In this document: positions 9,590 to 19,023 of the stretch, piece by piece
Layout of the letters: each line of letters opens with the position of its first letter
Position numbering within the stretch: the first letter of the stretch is position 1
Assembly: GCA_964511375.1 (NCBI GenBank)
Contig: CAZEEW010000003.1
Span: 10,987 to 74,986, forward strand
Source of the DNA: an uncultured Gammaproteobacteria bacterium
GTDB lineage: Bacteria; Patescibacteriota; Patescibacteriia; Magasanikbacterales; GWA2-37-8
Direction of reading: 5' to 3'
Length of the DNA stretch: 64,000 nucleotides
Position numbers and translations under genes: made by a program
The notes under the pieces: generated by a model
Database searches by the model: none
What the model saw: only the letters and a program-made list of their open reading frames with translations
What the model was told of the DNA's origin: nothing

Positions 9590-9997
9590 ATGAGTGACGA
9601 ACAAAAAGTTGTTGAGGTCCCAGAGAAATTCAAGGCCCTCGTTGAACAAATTGAAAAGATGTCTGTTTTGGACTTAGCTGAACTTGTTAAAATTTTAGAA
9701 GACAAGTTTGGTGTTTCTGCTGCTGCTCCAGCTATGATGATGGCTGCTGCTCCAGCTGCTGGTGGTGCTGCCGCTGCCGAAGAGAAGACCGAATTCAACG
9801 TTGAATTAGCTGATGCTGGTGCTAACAAGATCAATGTGATCAAGGCTGTAAAAGAAATCACTGGTCTTGGTTTAGCTGATGCTAAGGCTTTGGTTGACGG
9901 AGCTCCAAAGATGGTCAAGGAAGGCGTTAAGAAAGAAGAGGCTGAAGAAATGAAGAAAAAGATCGAAGAAGCCGGTGGTAAAGTCAACTTAAAGTAA
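9590..9997 (+). CDS. rplL: 50S ribosomal protein L7/L12
   Basis: Ala-rich hinge and the C-terminal [28 protein letters not shown]...EAGGKV motif. Confidence 0.95.
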   Translation: MSDEQKVVEVPEKFKALVEQIEKMSVLDLAELVKILEDKFGVSAAAPAMMMAAAPAAGGAAAAEEKTEFNVELADAGANKINVIKAVKEITGLGLADAKALVDGAPKMVKEGVKKEEAEEMKKKIEEAGGKVNLK

Positions 9998-10011
9998 TTG
10001 CATTACTTAAT

Positions 10012-10042
10012 AAAAAATCCTCCCATTCGGAGGATTTTTTTG
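10012..10042. terminator. bidirectional rho-independent terminator between rplL and the convergent gene
   Basis: aatcctcc-cattc-ggaggatt flanked by an A-run and a T-run. Confidence 0.7.
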
Positions 10043-10046
10043 TAGG

Positions 10047-12362
10047 TTATTTCCAATTTAATTTTAGTAAGCGGTTCTTGTCCAGAGTATAAAGGGTTCG
10101 GTTGGCTTCGTCGACAACTAGCCCGGTAGGGAAGGTAAATTGTTTGCTGGTTAATTGTTGTTTAACGCGTCCATCTTTTTCTAAAATTACAATTCTTTTT
10201 TTAGATGGTTCAATAAGATATAAATAGCTAAGGTCGTTATATGACCATATTTTTTGTGGGGCGTGTAGAGCAGGCTCTAGACCTTCAATAGCAAAATTTT
10301 GTTTCTGACCTTTAGTGAACTTTTGGACCTCCCCGGTAGATTGTAAGACAAAAATGTCGCCATCAATTGTCAAATCAATCGCCTGGCTAAAATTCGCCGC
10401 TCCACTTGTTAGCCAGTTTGTTCCTTTCGCAAATCCATTTTTGATACTGTCATGCTTGTAAATTAAACCACTAGTTTTGTCTACGGTATATAACCGTCGG
10501 TTATATACTACCAATCCTCCGAGCTCAGCTGAAGTTTCGCCAAAACTAATTTCAATTTTTTCTAAGGTGTTATTCCCTGGAGTAAAACGTACCAATTCTT
10601 TATTACTGCTAACAAATAAGGCATAATCATTTTCTTTGGGTGAACCACCTAAGCAGAAACCAGAAGAAACTGGGGCAGTAACCACTTCTCCAGTTTTAGT
10701 TAATTCGTCATAAACAAACAGTTTGGGGCTGGAAGAGTTAAAACTAATTATTTTACTGCCAATTTTAACAATTTGTTCAAGGGGTTGGTCAAGAGTTTGG
10801 TTTGACCAATTGTACATTTCTTCGGTGTTTGCTACTACTAATTTTCTTAACTTAAAACTTAAATTTTCTAATTCAGCGTCTAGTTCGCGGCAGGTTTCTG
10901 AATTTTTTTCTTCGTCACAAGCCAGTGTTAAGAAGATTTCTCTAGCCCCTTGTAGCTCTTTTAGGGCGCCAGTTTGGTCGTTATATATTAAGGCGCTTTC
11001 CGCTGAGTCTTTTTTGTTTCTAATCAGTGTTGTTTTTTCTTGGAATACAGCAGCCTCTGCTTCTCGAGAGCTCTTTTTTTCGGTGTAAACAATATTGCCA
11101 GCAAATATTAGGATGGCTGCTATAGCTAAGGTAAATAGTATTTTAGTCAAAAGCGGAAGGTCTTTAACACTACGAACATAGTGGTCGAATTGTCTTTTAT
11201 AATTTTCTCCCACTTCACGGCGACGTCCTTTAATATTGGTGGTAAGATAAAAGAGGTTAATTAACTGGTGGCTAATACCTAGTAAAATGGCCCAAGTAAA
11301 CATCGCCAACCACAATAAGACTTTGCCGATAATTTTCACGCCTTTTATAAAATAATTAAGATATTTGGTCCATTCCGGCAAGGTAGCGATTTTACTTCCT
11401 GGCAGATTGCGGTGGTTTGTCGGAACTAGGGGACGACGATGTGTAGATTGTATATCAGCTGCTGGAGTAGTTTCCGGTCGCAAACGTTCTTCGATTATTT
11501 CGACCGTTTTTTCTTCGGTGGTCTCTCCATCATTCCAGACATTTTTTAGTTTTTCGTTTAGACGCGGTAAGAGAGAAGAAGAGAGGGTCTCGGAGGTGTC
11601 TTTCTCTGTTCTAAACAAGTGGTTTAGTGATTTAGCACCCGATCCTTTGGTAATTGGGGATTTCTTAGGTACCGGTGTTTGTTTATCTTCAATAGTTGGA
11701 ACATAGTTAATGATCAAACCGCCGAAAGAATTACCGTTTTTAATCTCGGTTAGTACTTTTTGTAGATGTTCAGCGCTTAACCTCGGTGGTCGAGAAGTGA
11801 GTAATTTACTTAAACGGTCAGCATCAAAAGTCTCAGTAATGTGCGGGGTCCCGACAAATAAAAAGTCGTTAGGGCTGATCTTTCCCTGCACTACTTGAGA
11901 AAATAATTGGTTATCCGAGGGTTCGTCATTGCTCTCCGGGTTAATGAGTTCCATGACTTTAAATAGGCTATCTTTAGTTTTATAGAACAAATTCAAGGTT
12001 GGTTGGCCATAATAGCTGAAAACAATTTCGGGTTGTCTAATCACCCCAGCTAAACAGTGAATTTCAAGGTTCTCCGCTGTTAAGGCAAAGCCCGAATGGT
12101 TGACTTTTTCCAACACAACTTCAAAAGCCGATTTGCCTAATTCGTCTTCAGTAACATAATAATCATTTTCTATCTGATCAATTATCCCTTGTAATTGGAT
12201 TATCTGTTCTTTGGAGGCGCCATTCAGTTCACAGACAGCAAAAAAATAGCCCTTTTCCCGCTCTTCCGGAGTGGACGGCTCAGTAATGTGTAAGAGTACG
12301 TGTGAACGCTCGGATTCGCCTCCTTCAACAAAAAATTCGTGGATCTGTAATTTGTGCTCCAT
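10047..12362 (-). CDS. membrane protein with two central TM helices and C-terminal beta-propeller-like (NHL/YVTN-type) repeats
   Basis: ORF trimmed to ATG 12362, which has a -10-like tatact upstream. The longer 12629 start overlaps the divergent gene. Repeated strand motifs LYTVD, LYLIE and LYTLD. Confidence 0.5.
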   Translation of the reverse strand: MEHKLQIHEFFVEGGESERSHVLLHITEPSTPEEREKGYFFAVCELNGASKEQIIQLQGIIDQIENDYYVTEDELGKSAFEVVLEKVNHSGFALTAENLEIHCLAGVIRQPEIVFSYYGQPTLNLFYKTKDSLFKVMELINPESNDEPSDNQLFSQVVQGKISPNDFLFVGTPHITETFDADRLSKLLTSRPPRLSAEHLQKVLTEIKNGNSFGGLIINYVPTIEDKQTPVPKKSPITKGSGAKSLNHLFRTEKDTSETLSSSLLPRLNEKLKNVWNDGETTEEKTVEIIEERLRPETTPAADIQSTHRRPLVPTNHRNLPGSKIATLPEWTKYLNYFIKGVKIIGKVLLWLAMFTWAILLGISHQLINLFYLTTNIKGRRREVGENYKRQFDHYVRSVKDLPLLTKILFTLAIAAILIFAGNIVYTEKKSSREAEAAVFQEKTTLIRNKKDSAESALIYNDQTGALKELQGAREIFLTLACDEEKNSETCRELDAELENLSFKLRKLVVANTEEMYNWSNQTLDQPLEQIVKIGSKIISFNSSSPKLFVYDELTKTGEVVTAPVSSGFCLGGSPKENDYALFVSSNKELVRFTPGNNTLEKIEISFGETSAELGGLVVYNRRLYTVDKTSGLIYKHDSIKNGFAKGTNWLTSGAANFSQAIDLTIDGDIFVLQSTGEVQKFTKGQKQNFAIEGLEPALHAPQKIWSYNDLSYLYLIEPSKKRIVILEKDGRVKQQLTSKQFTFPTGLVVDEANRTLYTLDKNRLLKLNWK

Positions 12363-12468
12363 AGTTTTGACTTTTGTGACTCTTAATAGTATACTACAAA
12401 GGCCAAAAAAAGTCCAAACCTTTGCCAAATTAACAAGTAATTTGGTAAGGAAAAAAAGGATAATAAAT

Positions 12469-13065
12469 ATGCTTGAACACCTTTTTGGTTCGAAAACCAG
12501 ACTTAAGCTTTTGCAGCTATTTTTTCGCCATCCCGATCGGGCTTTTTTTGTTCGCGAAATTTGTCGAATGGTGGGTTCGCATTTAAATGCTGTTCGTCGC
12601 GAACTTTCTAACTTAGAACATCTTGGCATTATTGCTGTTACCGATAAACAGGAAGTGCCAGATTATGACCAAGGCAGTGAACGGGCTAAGTACTATATTC
12701 TCCAAAAGGACTTTTTATTGTTCGGTGAATTAAAGTCCCTTTTGCTTAAAGCGCAGGTCATGGAAGAACAAGCCTTTGTCTCTGATTTAAAGTCTAAGGG
12801 TGGGTTGATCAAACTTTTTGTTCTTACGGGGATATTCACTGACGAACCACAAACCAACACGGATATTTTGTTGGTAGGAAAGGTTAAACCAGTTAGTACC
12901 TCTAAAATTATCCGCGACTACGAGAAGTCCATTGATCGGCCGATCCGTTACACAATTATGACCGAAGAGGAGTATAACGAGCGTAAAGAAATTGGTGATA
13001 AATTTTTATATAGCATCCTCGAATCCAAGCACATCGTCATTTATGACGAAGTCAACGTAATGTAG
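12469..13065 (+). CDS. winged-helix DNA-binding protein (ArsR-like HTH N-terminus)
   Basis: Start trimmed to ATG 12469, preceded by aaaggat. HTH-like segment REICRMVGSHLNAVRRELSNLEHLGII. Confidence 0.4.
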   Translation: MLEHLFGSKTRLKLLQLFFRHPDRAFFVREICRMVGSHLNAVRRELSNLEHLGIIAVTDKQEVPDYDQGSERAKYYILQKDFLLFGELKSLLLKAQVMEEQAFVSDLKSKGGLIKLFVLTGIFTDEPQTNTDILLVGKVKPVSTSKIIRDYEKSIDRPIRYTIMTEEEYNERKEIGDKFLYSILESKHIVIYDEVNVM

Positions 13066-13075
13066 GTCATGAATT

Positions 13076-13453
13076 ATGTATTTAGGAATCGATAACAGTG
13101 AAGAGGAAAAAATTATTTTTTTTAAATGGGAAAATAATGATTTTTTGATTGAAGAAAAGCCAATGCACGAGTCTCGCGACCTGCTTTTAAGTTTACGTTC
13201 GCTTCTAACAGAAAACAACCTCTCTTTTCAGGACCTGGAAGGCTTAGCTGTTCGGACGGGAGCGGGAAAATTTACTAGCACAAGAGTAGCGGTAACGGTT
13301 GTTAATACTCTGGGTTTTGCGCTTAAAATACCGGTCGTAGGAGTGGGTGTTATAACCAAAGATACGGTGGAAAAAATCAGAGAAGCCTCTCCTGGGATTT
13401 ATGTTAGCGCCACTTATAGTGGTGAACCAAATATTGGTAAAAAGAAAGAGTAA
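13076..13453 (+). CDS. tsaB: TsaB/YeaZ-like protein, N-terminal domain only
   Basis: LGIDNS...GAGKFTSTRVAVTVVNTLGFALKIPVVGV matches the TsaB/Kae1 N-lobe. Only 125 aa. Confidence 0.5.
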   Translation: MYLGIDNSEEEKIIFFKWENNDFLIEEKPMHESRDLLLSLRSLLTENNLSFQDLEGLAVRTGAGKFTSTRVAVTVVNTLGFALKIPVVGVGVITKDTVEKIREASPGIYVSATYSGEPNIGKKKE

Positions 13454-13456
13454 ATT

Positions 13457-14956
13457 ATGCTTTCGGATTATCAGCGGTATCGAATTTATGAAACATTGCC
13501 TGGTTTAAGCATCTGGCTCACGCTTATTGTTGGTGTAGTTCTGTCTTTTGTAAAACCGCTTTGGATGATTTACGCCGTTTTAGTTTTTGATGTCTATTGG
13601 GTGCTGCGGGTAATTTATTTTTCTTTTTATTTAGTAATGTCTTGGCGCCGTTTTCGCAAATCTATTGCTATAAACTGGTGGAAAAGGCTAACAAAAGAAT
13701 TTCCGAATTGGCGGCAAAAGAAGTGTGTGGTATTTCTTCCGCTATATAACGAAGAATGGAGTATTGTTAAAGCAACTTTGGACGGGTTATCTAACGCGAA
13801 CTATCCTACGCAAGAAATATATGTTGTTTTGTCTGGTGAAGAAAGAAAGTTAGCTCACTGGCTAGAATTACAAAGTAGGATTAAGGAAAATTATTCTGGT
13901 ATATTTGCCGATCTAATATTTTATACTCATCCATCGGGATTGGCTGGGGAAATTCCTGGCAAAGGATCCAATATACATAACGCTGAATGGGAATTTAAAA
14001 AGTACGCTGACGAACGCAATTGGGATTATGGAGATATAGTTATCTCTGTTTTTGACATCGACACTGTTGTCCATAAAGAGTACTTTGCTCATTTAATGTA
14101 CATGTATTTAAGTCATCCTAATCCAACCCGAAGCTCTTTCCAGCCTGTTACTTTATACAATAATAATCTATGGGATTCACCGGCGCCGCTAAGAATTATG
14201 GCCTTCGGTACTAGTTTTTGGATGTTATTTAGCTTGGCGAGATTAGACAACATGGTAACTTTTTCATCACACAGTATGAGTTTTAAGGCCGTGATGGATT
14301 GTGGTGGTCACGCTAAAGATATTGTGAGTGAAGATTCGCGTATTTTTTATCAATGCTGGCTCCGATATAATGGTGAATATGAAGTCTCGCCCTTGTACAT
14401 TCCAGTATCCATGGATACTGTAAATGATGTTAGTGTTTGGAAAAGTCTAAAAAATTTATATTTACAACAACGTCGCTGGGCTTGGGGAGCTGAGAATTTG
14501 TCCTACTTACTATGGGAACTACGCCGCCGCCCAGAAATCCCTTGGACGAAAAAATTAAAAGCGATTTTTATAGAATGGGAAGGTAAGTGGAGTTGGGGAG
14601 TTGTTGCTATCATGATTACCGTACTTGGGCGTTTGCCGCTCTGGTTTGCTGGCGAAGAGCTACGCCAAAGTGCTTTATTTTTTAACACTCCGCATGTTCT
14701 CGAGATTCTTATGACTTTGGCTATGATTGGTTTATTTACTTCAGCCATCATGAGTATGTTGATTTTGCCAACTAGACCGCAGGGTTATTCTTCTCACCGC
14801 TATCTTTATATGATATTGCAGTGGTTGCTTTTGCCGATCTCGTTGGTATTTTTTTCCGCCATTCCTTGTATTGATGCTGTCACCCATTTAATGTTTGGTA
14901 ACTACTTGGGTTTCAATGTTTCAACTAAAAAACGTTTACAACCTAATTATTCATAA
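13457..14956 (+). CDS. family 2 glycosyltransferase, membrane-embedded processive type (cellulose/chitin-synthase-like)
   Basis: QQRRWAWG (QxxRW) motif and D-rich catalytic motifs. Multiple TM helices on both sides. Confidence 0.7.
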   Translation: MLSDYQRYRIYETLPGLSIWLTLIVGVVLSFVKPLWMIYAVLVFDVYWVLRVIYFSFYLVMSWRRFRKSIAINWWKRLTKEFPNWRQKKCVVFLPLYNEEWSIVKATLDGLSNANYPTQEIYVVLSGEERKLAHWLELQSRIKENYSGIFADLIFYTHPSGLAGEIPGKGSNIHNAEWEFKKYADERNWDYGDIVISVFDIDTVVHKEYFAHLMYMYLSHPNPTRSSFQPVTLYNNNLWDSPAPLRIMAFGTSFWMLFSLARLDNMVTFSSHSMSFKAVMDCGGHAKDIVSEDSRIFYQCWLRYNGEYEVSPLYIPVSMDTVNDVSVWKSLKNLYLQQRRWAWGAENLSYLLWELRRRPEIPWTKKLKAIFIEWEGKWSWGVVAIMITVLGRLPLWFAGEELRQSALFFNTPHVLEILMTLAMIGLFTSAIMSMLILPTRPQGYSSHRYLYMILQWLLLPISLVFFSAIPCIDAVTHLMFGNYLGFNVSTKKRLQPNYS

Positions 14957-14962
14957 AAACAT

Positions 14963-16387
14963 ATGCGAACTTTAAAAATAGTTCTCATCATTATTGTGGG
15001 CATTATCCTTCTCGGTGCGGGAACTGGGTATTGGTGGTATAAAAATGGCGGCATGGCCAACTGGTTTGTTAACCGAGCGGGTGAAAAAATCCTCGGCAGC
15101 ACGACCGATGTCCCTTTGTTGCATGAAGCTTTAGGTTTCACTAAGCCTCAGACTTATCTTGTTCTTCTAATGAATAATACGGAAATGCGACCCGGCGGTG
15201 GTTTCCTTGGTTCTTACGCTGTACTCCGGGTTGATCACGGTCGCCCCCAAATACTAAAAGTAGAAGGAACAGAAATATTAGATAATTCTGCCCCTGCCGA
15301 TTTCCAAGTTGAGCCTCCGCGTGAAATGAAGGAGCTGATTAAAGTCAAAAGGTGGAATTTCCGAGATAGCAATTGGTATCCAGATTTTACATTGTCAGCG
15401 GCTAAAGGGTTAGAGCTTTACAAACTGGAAAAGGGTTTGGCAGCTAACGACATTGATGGAGTAATTGGTTTTACGCCGACCCTAATTGAGGATTTACTAC
15501 GTATTACCGGGCCAGTTAATGTGGATGGTGATGAATTTAATGCTAACAACTTTTTAGAAAAAATTGAATTCGAAGTCGAATATGGTTATGCGGAAAGAGG
15601 TATTGAGTTTCGTGACCGCAAACAAATGCTTTCTAAGTTGAGCTATGAAGTGTTAAGAAAAGCTGTACGGGAAATGTATCGCCAGTGGCCAGAGTATTTG
15701 AGCCTCATTGAGAAAATGATTAAAGAAAAACAGGTGGTTGCTTATTCTTTGAATCCAGAGTTACAAAAATTTATTATGGCCAAGGGTTTAGCTGGTGAGA
15801 TGAAAGATTCTGAAGGAGATTATTTACTTTGGGCTGACGCGAACCTTGGATCAATGAAAACTGATTTAGCACTAGCCCGCACTTTAAGTTATGAACTGAA
15901 ACCAGATAAAAATGGTTACCTGGCTAAGGTTACGATGCATTATGATCATAATGGTGTTTACGATTGGCGGACTACTCGTTATCAGACATTCGCACGATTG
16001 TATGTCCCAAAAGGGAGCAAGGTACTAGCAGTAAATGGTCAAAGTGTAGAAAAAGGCATCAAAGATCCTTTCTTCTCAACTGGTGAGGAAAAAGGTAGAA
16101 CTTGGTTTGGTGCTTTTCTAGTCATTGACCCTGGTAAAGAGAAGGATTTAACTTTTGAATACTTGTTGCCAGAGTCTCTGGTACAAAAAATAAAGTCTGG
16201 TGAATATCAGCTTTTGGCACAAAAACAAATCGGTACGCCAGCTAACCAATTAAAGTTGAATTTAGATTTTGGCCGCAGCGTCTATTTTGCTGAACCAGGT
16301 GAGAGTAAAGAATTTTTTGGAGATAAAAAATATTCTCTAACCACTGATCTTAGAGAAGATCGTGTGTTTACCGTAAAAACTAAATAA
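14963..16387 (+). CDS. membrane-anchored protein, DUF4012-like
   Basis: N-terminal TM, then MRPGGGFLGSYAVL, which is characteristic of a CPR-enriched uncharacterised family. Confidence 0.4.
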   Translation: MRTLKIVLIIIVGIILLGAGTGYWWYKNGGMANWFVNRAGEKILGSTTDVPLLHEALGFTKPQTYLVLLMNNTEMRPGGGFLGSYAVLRVDHGRPQILKVEGTEILDNSAPADFQVEPPREMKELIKVKRWNFRDSNWYPDFTLSAAKGLELYKLEKGLAANDIDGVIGFTPTLIEDLLRITGPVNVDGDEFNANNFLEKIEFEVEYGYAERGIEFRDRKQMLSKLSYEVLRKAVREMYRQWPEYLSLIEKMIKEKQVVAYSLNPELQKFIMAKGLAGEMKDSEGDYLLWADANLGSMKTDLALARTLSYELKPDKNGYLAKVTMHYDHNGVYDWRTTRYQTFARLYVPKGSKVLAVNGQSVEKGIKDPFFSTGEEKGRTWFGAFLVIDPGKEKDLTFEYLLPESLVQKIKSGEYQLLAQKQIGTPANQLKLNLDFGRSVYFAEPGESKEFFGDKKYSLTTDLREDRVFTVKTK

Positions 16388-16390
16388 TCG

Positions 16391-17410
16391 TTGATCTCTG
16401 TTATGTTTATTAAAAAAATTGGTATTGATCTAGGCACAACTAATGTCTTGGTGTATGTACCACGCAAAGGTATTGTTATTAATGAACCCAGTGTCGTAGC
16501 TGTTTCTAAGGTGGATGGTAAGGTATTAGCGGTCGGACTCGAGGCAAAAGATATGATTGGCCGTACCCCGGATAGTATTATTGCCGAGCGACCTCTAAAA
16601 GAAGGAGTTATCGCTAATTACCATACAACCGAAGCCATGATCCGCTATTTTATTAACAAGGCTTTAGGTGGTATGCGTTTATTCCGCCCGGAAGTCATGG
16701 TCGCTGTTCCGGCAGGAATCACATCGACGGAGCGTCGTGCGGTTATTGATGCCACAATCGCGGCTGGTGCTAAAGCGGCATATATTATTAAAGAGCCGTT
16801 AGTCGCGGCCATTGGCGCAGATATTCCAATTGGTTCAGCTTCTGGTCACATGATCATTGATATTGGTGGTGGCACAGCAGAAATCGCAGTTATTTCTTTA
16901 GGTGGAATTGTGTCCTGCGGCTCGGCGAGAATTGGTGGTAACAAATTTGACCGCTCAATTGCTGAATATGTTCGTCATAAATATAACTTGGCTGTCGGAG
17001 AAAGAACAGCCGAAGAAATTAAAATTGGTATTGGCTCGGCGATGTATATGGAAAAGCCTTTGACCATGGATATTAAAGGAAGAGACATGATTACTGGTTT
17101 ACCCCGTACGCTCAATGTCAGCTCAGATGACACAACAGAAGCCCTTCAACATGATTTGGAAATGTTGATTGAAGCGGTTAAAGAAGTACTACAGAAAACT
17201 CCACCCGAACTTTCGGCCGATGTCATTGACAAAGGCATTATCCTGTCTGGGGGATCGGCACAACTCAGAAATCTTGATGAATTAGTCGCCCAGGCAACTG
17301 GTGTTGCCACTTATGTTGCTGAAGAGCCTCTGCTTTGTGTCGCCAAAGGTACAGGTATTGCCCTCGAGAACCTCGAGAGTTACAAGCGGAGTATTTTGGC
17401 AACGAAGTAG
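16391..17410 (+). CDS. mreB: rod shape-determining protein MreB
   Basis: IGIDLGTTNVLVYV, actin-fold phosphate motifs and DIGGGTAEIAV. Confidence 0.9.
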   Translation: MISVMFIKKIGIDLGTTNVLVYVPRKGIVINEPSVVAVSKVDGKVLAVGLEAKDMIGRTPDSIIAERPLKEGVIANYHTTEAMIRYFINKALGGMRLFRPEVMVAVPAGITSTERRAVIDATIAAGAKAAYIIKEPLVAAIGADIPIGSASGHMIIDIGGGTAEIAVISLGGIVSCGSARIGGNKFDRSIAEYVRHKYNLAVGERTAEEIKIGIGSAMYMEKPLTMDIKGRDMITGLPRTLNVSSDDTTEALQHDLEMLIEAVKEVLQKTPPELSADVIDKGIILSGGSAQLRNLDELVAQATGVATYVAEEPLLCVAKGTGIALENLESYKRSILATK

Positions 17411-17434
17411 GAGTAAACAAATAGAAAAGAAACA

Positions 17435-17466
17435 AAAACCCAGCGCTAAGTGCACTGGGTTTTATT
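17435..17466. terminator. bidirectional terminator (mreB / islet-1 gene)
   Basis: aaaacccag-N11-ctgggtttt followed by a T-run. Confidence 0.6.
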
Positions 17467-17482
17467 GTGTTCCGTGACTTTA

Positions 17483-17554
17483 CGCTTCGCAGTTGATCTG
17501 AAATAGCAACTGTTACTATCTCAGACCGACACTGCGAAGCGCCGGCTATTTCAG
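17483..17554 (-). repeat. interleaved inverted repeats (pseudoknot-like or alternative hairpins) in the 3' region of the islet-1 gene
   Basis: cgcttcgcagt (17483-93) pairs with actgcgaagcg (17531-41). ctgaaatagc (17498-507) pairs with gctatttcag (17545-54). The order is A-B-A'-B'. B' overlaps the stop codon. Confidence 0.5.
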
Positions 17555-17769
17555 GATTTCTTCTTGAGACGGCGCTGGATGCGCCACAGGTAGGTGTATC
17601 CGATGGCGAGCAGGAGTCCCAGGACGATCTCGGTGAACGCCTCGACCGGCGTGTCTTTGATGAAGAGGCGGATGAGCCCCGTGACCACCATGATGTAGCC
17701 CAGGATCACGAACACCGGGACGAATGTATCGAAGAGATTCAGGATCATCATCTTGAACTGCTGAAACAT
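17551..17769 (-). CDS. 72-aa two-TM small membrane protein encoded in GC-rich islet 1
   Basis: GC3 near 90% against an AT-rich host. The RBS is gggaggc, 7 nt before the ATG. Promoter TTGACA-17-TATACT. Confidence 0.6.
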   Translation of the reverse strand: MFQQFKMMILNLFDTFVPVFVILGYIMVVTGLIRLFIKDTPVEAFTEIVLGLLLAIGYTYLWRIQRRLKKKS

Positions 17770-17819
17770 TTCTTTGCCTCCCTGCGCCGCGCAGGCGCTC
17801 CGTTGTCAGGGAACCAGTG

Positions 17820-17848
17820 AGTATAGCAAAGAGAGAGAGAGTTGTCAA
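17820..17848 (-). promoter_or_regulatory. sigma70-like promoter for the islet-1 gene, with a (CT)6 dinucleotide repeat in the spacer
   Basis: On the - strand: TTGACA-actctctctctctttgc-TATACT. The 13-mer tctttgctatact is shared with the helicase promoter at 28175. Confidence 0.5.
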
Positions 17849-17871
17849 GAACTGGGGTGTGCGGTAAAATG
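17843..17871 (+). promoter_or_regulatory. divergent promoter for the GT1 gene
   Basis: TTGTCA-17-TAAAAT, followed by the ggagggg RBS and ATG 17880. Confidence 0.4.
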
Positions 17872-17879
17872 GAGGGGTT

Positions 17880-18989
17880 ATGATTATCGGCATTGAAGTT
17901 GATCACGCCAACAAAGAACCACGAACTGGAGTTGAAGAAGTGTGTTGGCAAATAATTCAAAATTTAAAAAAAATTGTACCGAGCGAGGTGCAAGTCATTT
18001 TGTATTCCCGGAGTCCATTGAGAGGGGAACTGGGTATGTTGCCAACTAACTGGGAATCTAAAGTTCTTACCTGGTCACTTAGAAAGTTGTGGAGCCAAAC
18101 TCGTTTGGCGTATGAATTATGGAAAAACCCACCAGACATATATTTTGCTCCCGGACAGTTGCTGCCTTTTTTTTACACACCAAAGAATACCGTTACCTTT
18201 TTACACGACAGTGCTTTCCGGGTTTTTCCTGAGGCATATAACTTCTGGGGCAGGCAGTATCTAAAATTAATGGATCGACATATCTTTAAATCCAGTAAGT
18301 ATGTTGTAACTTCTTCAGAATTTAATCGTAAAGAAGTGAGAAGATTGTATGGTGAAAGTGCGGTTCAGAAGGTAAAAGTCATACCCCTCGGATTTTCTAG
18401 CGAATTTTCTGTTATCCCGAGAGATAACACTGTCTTAGATAAATATAATTTGAAGAAACCATACATATTATATGTCGGTCGGGTTGAAGAAAAGAAAAAC
18501 ATTGTGCGGCTTATTCAAGCTTTTAATGGTGTTAGGAAGACTATAGATGTTCAGTTGGTTTTAATCGGTAAACCAGGTGTGGGCTATGAAAAAATTAAAA
18601 AAGAAATTGAAGCCAGTCTTTTTAAAGAAGATATCCACGAATTAGGTTTTGTTAAAAAGGAAGATCTTTCAGCATTTTACTATGGCGCCTGGGTATTTGC
18701 CTTCCCATCGTTATATGAAGGTTTCGGTTTGCCGGTATTAGAAGCATTTGCATCTCAAATACCAGTCTTAACTTCTAAAGGTACAGGTGCTATCGAAGTT
18801 GCAGGCGATGCTGCGGTTATTGTTGACCCAATGAGTGTGGAAGAAATAACTAAGGGGATAGATAAGTTATTGAATGATGGCAATTTTAGAAAAGATTTAG
18901 TCTTAAAGGGCAAGGAACGTTTGTGTTATTACTCCTGGGAGAAGACTTCGGTTGGTATTTGGGAAATTTTACGCAATTGTCAGGAATAA
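17880..18989 (+). CDS. glycosyltransferase family 1 (GT4-type)
   Basis: EGFGLPVLEAFASQIPVLTS and the E-x7-E region. Confidence 0.75.
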   Translation: MIIGIEVDHANKEPRTGVEEVCWQIIQNLKKIVPSEVQVILYSRSPLRGELGMLPTNWESKVLTWSLRKLWSQTRLAYELWKNPPDIYFAPGQLLPFFYTPKNTVTFLHDSAFRVFPEAYNFWGRQYLKLMDRHIFKSSKYVVTSSEFNRKEVRRLYGESAVQKVKVIPLGFSSEFSVIPRDNTVLDKYNLKKPYILYVGRVEEKKNIVRLIQAFNGVRKTIDVQLVLIGKPGVGYEKIKKEIEASLFKEDIHELGFVKKEDLSAFYYGAWVFAFPSLYEGFGLPVLEAFASQIPVLTSKGTGAIEVAGDAAVIVDPMSVEEITKGIDKLLNDGNFRKDLVLKGKERLCYYSWEKTSVGIWEILRNCQE

Positions 18990-19023
18990 TCTTTTTTGTT
19001 ATTATATACCTGTTTTAAGGTAG

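Noticed and set aside
9007-9987. Antisense ORFs across rplJ (9007-9549 -) and rplL (9577-9987 -)
   Set aside because: They mirror highly conserved ribosomal protein genes. The Ala-rich antisense translation is an artefact of the GCN-rich sense codons.
17546-17960. ORFs 17546-17893 (-) and 17748-17960 (-) in islet 1 and the divergent promoter region
   Set aside because: They overlap the better-supported 72-aa frame or the promoter. They are Pro/Arg/Gly-rich low-complexity translations without an RBS.
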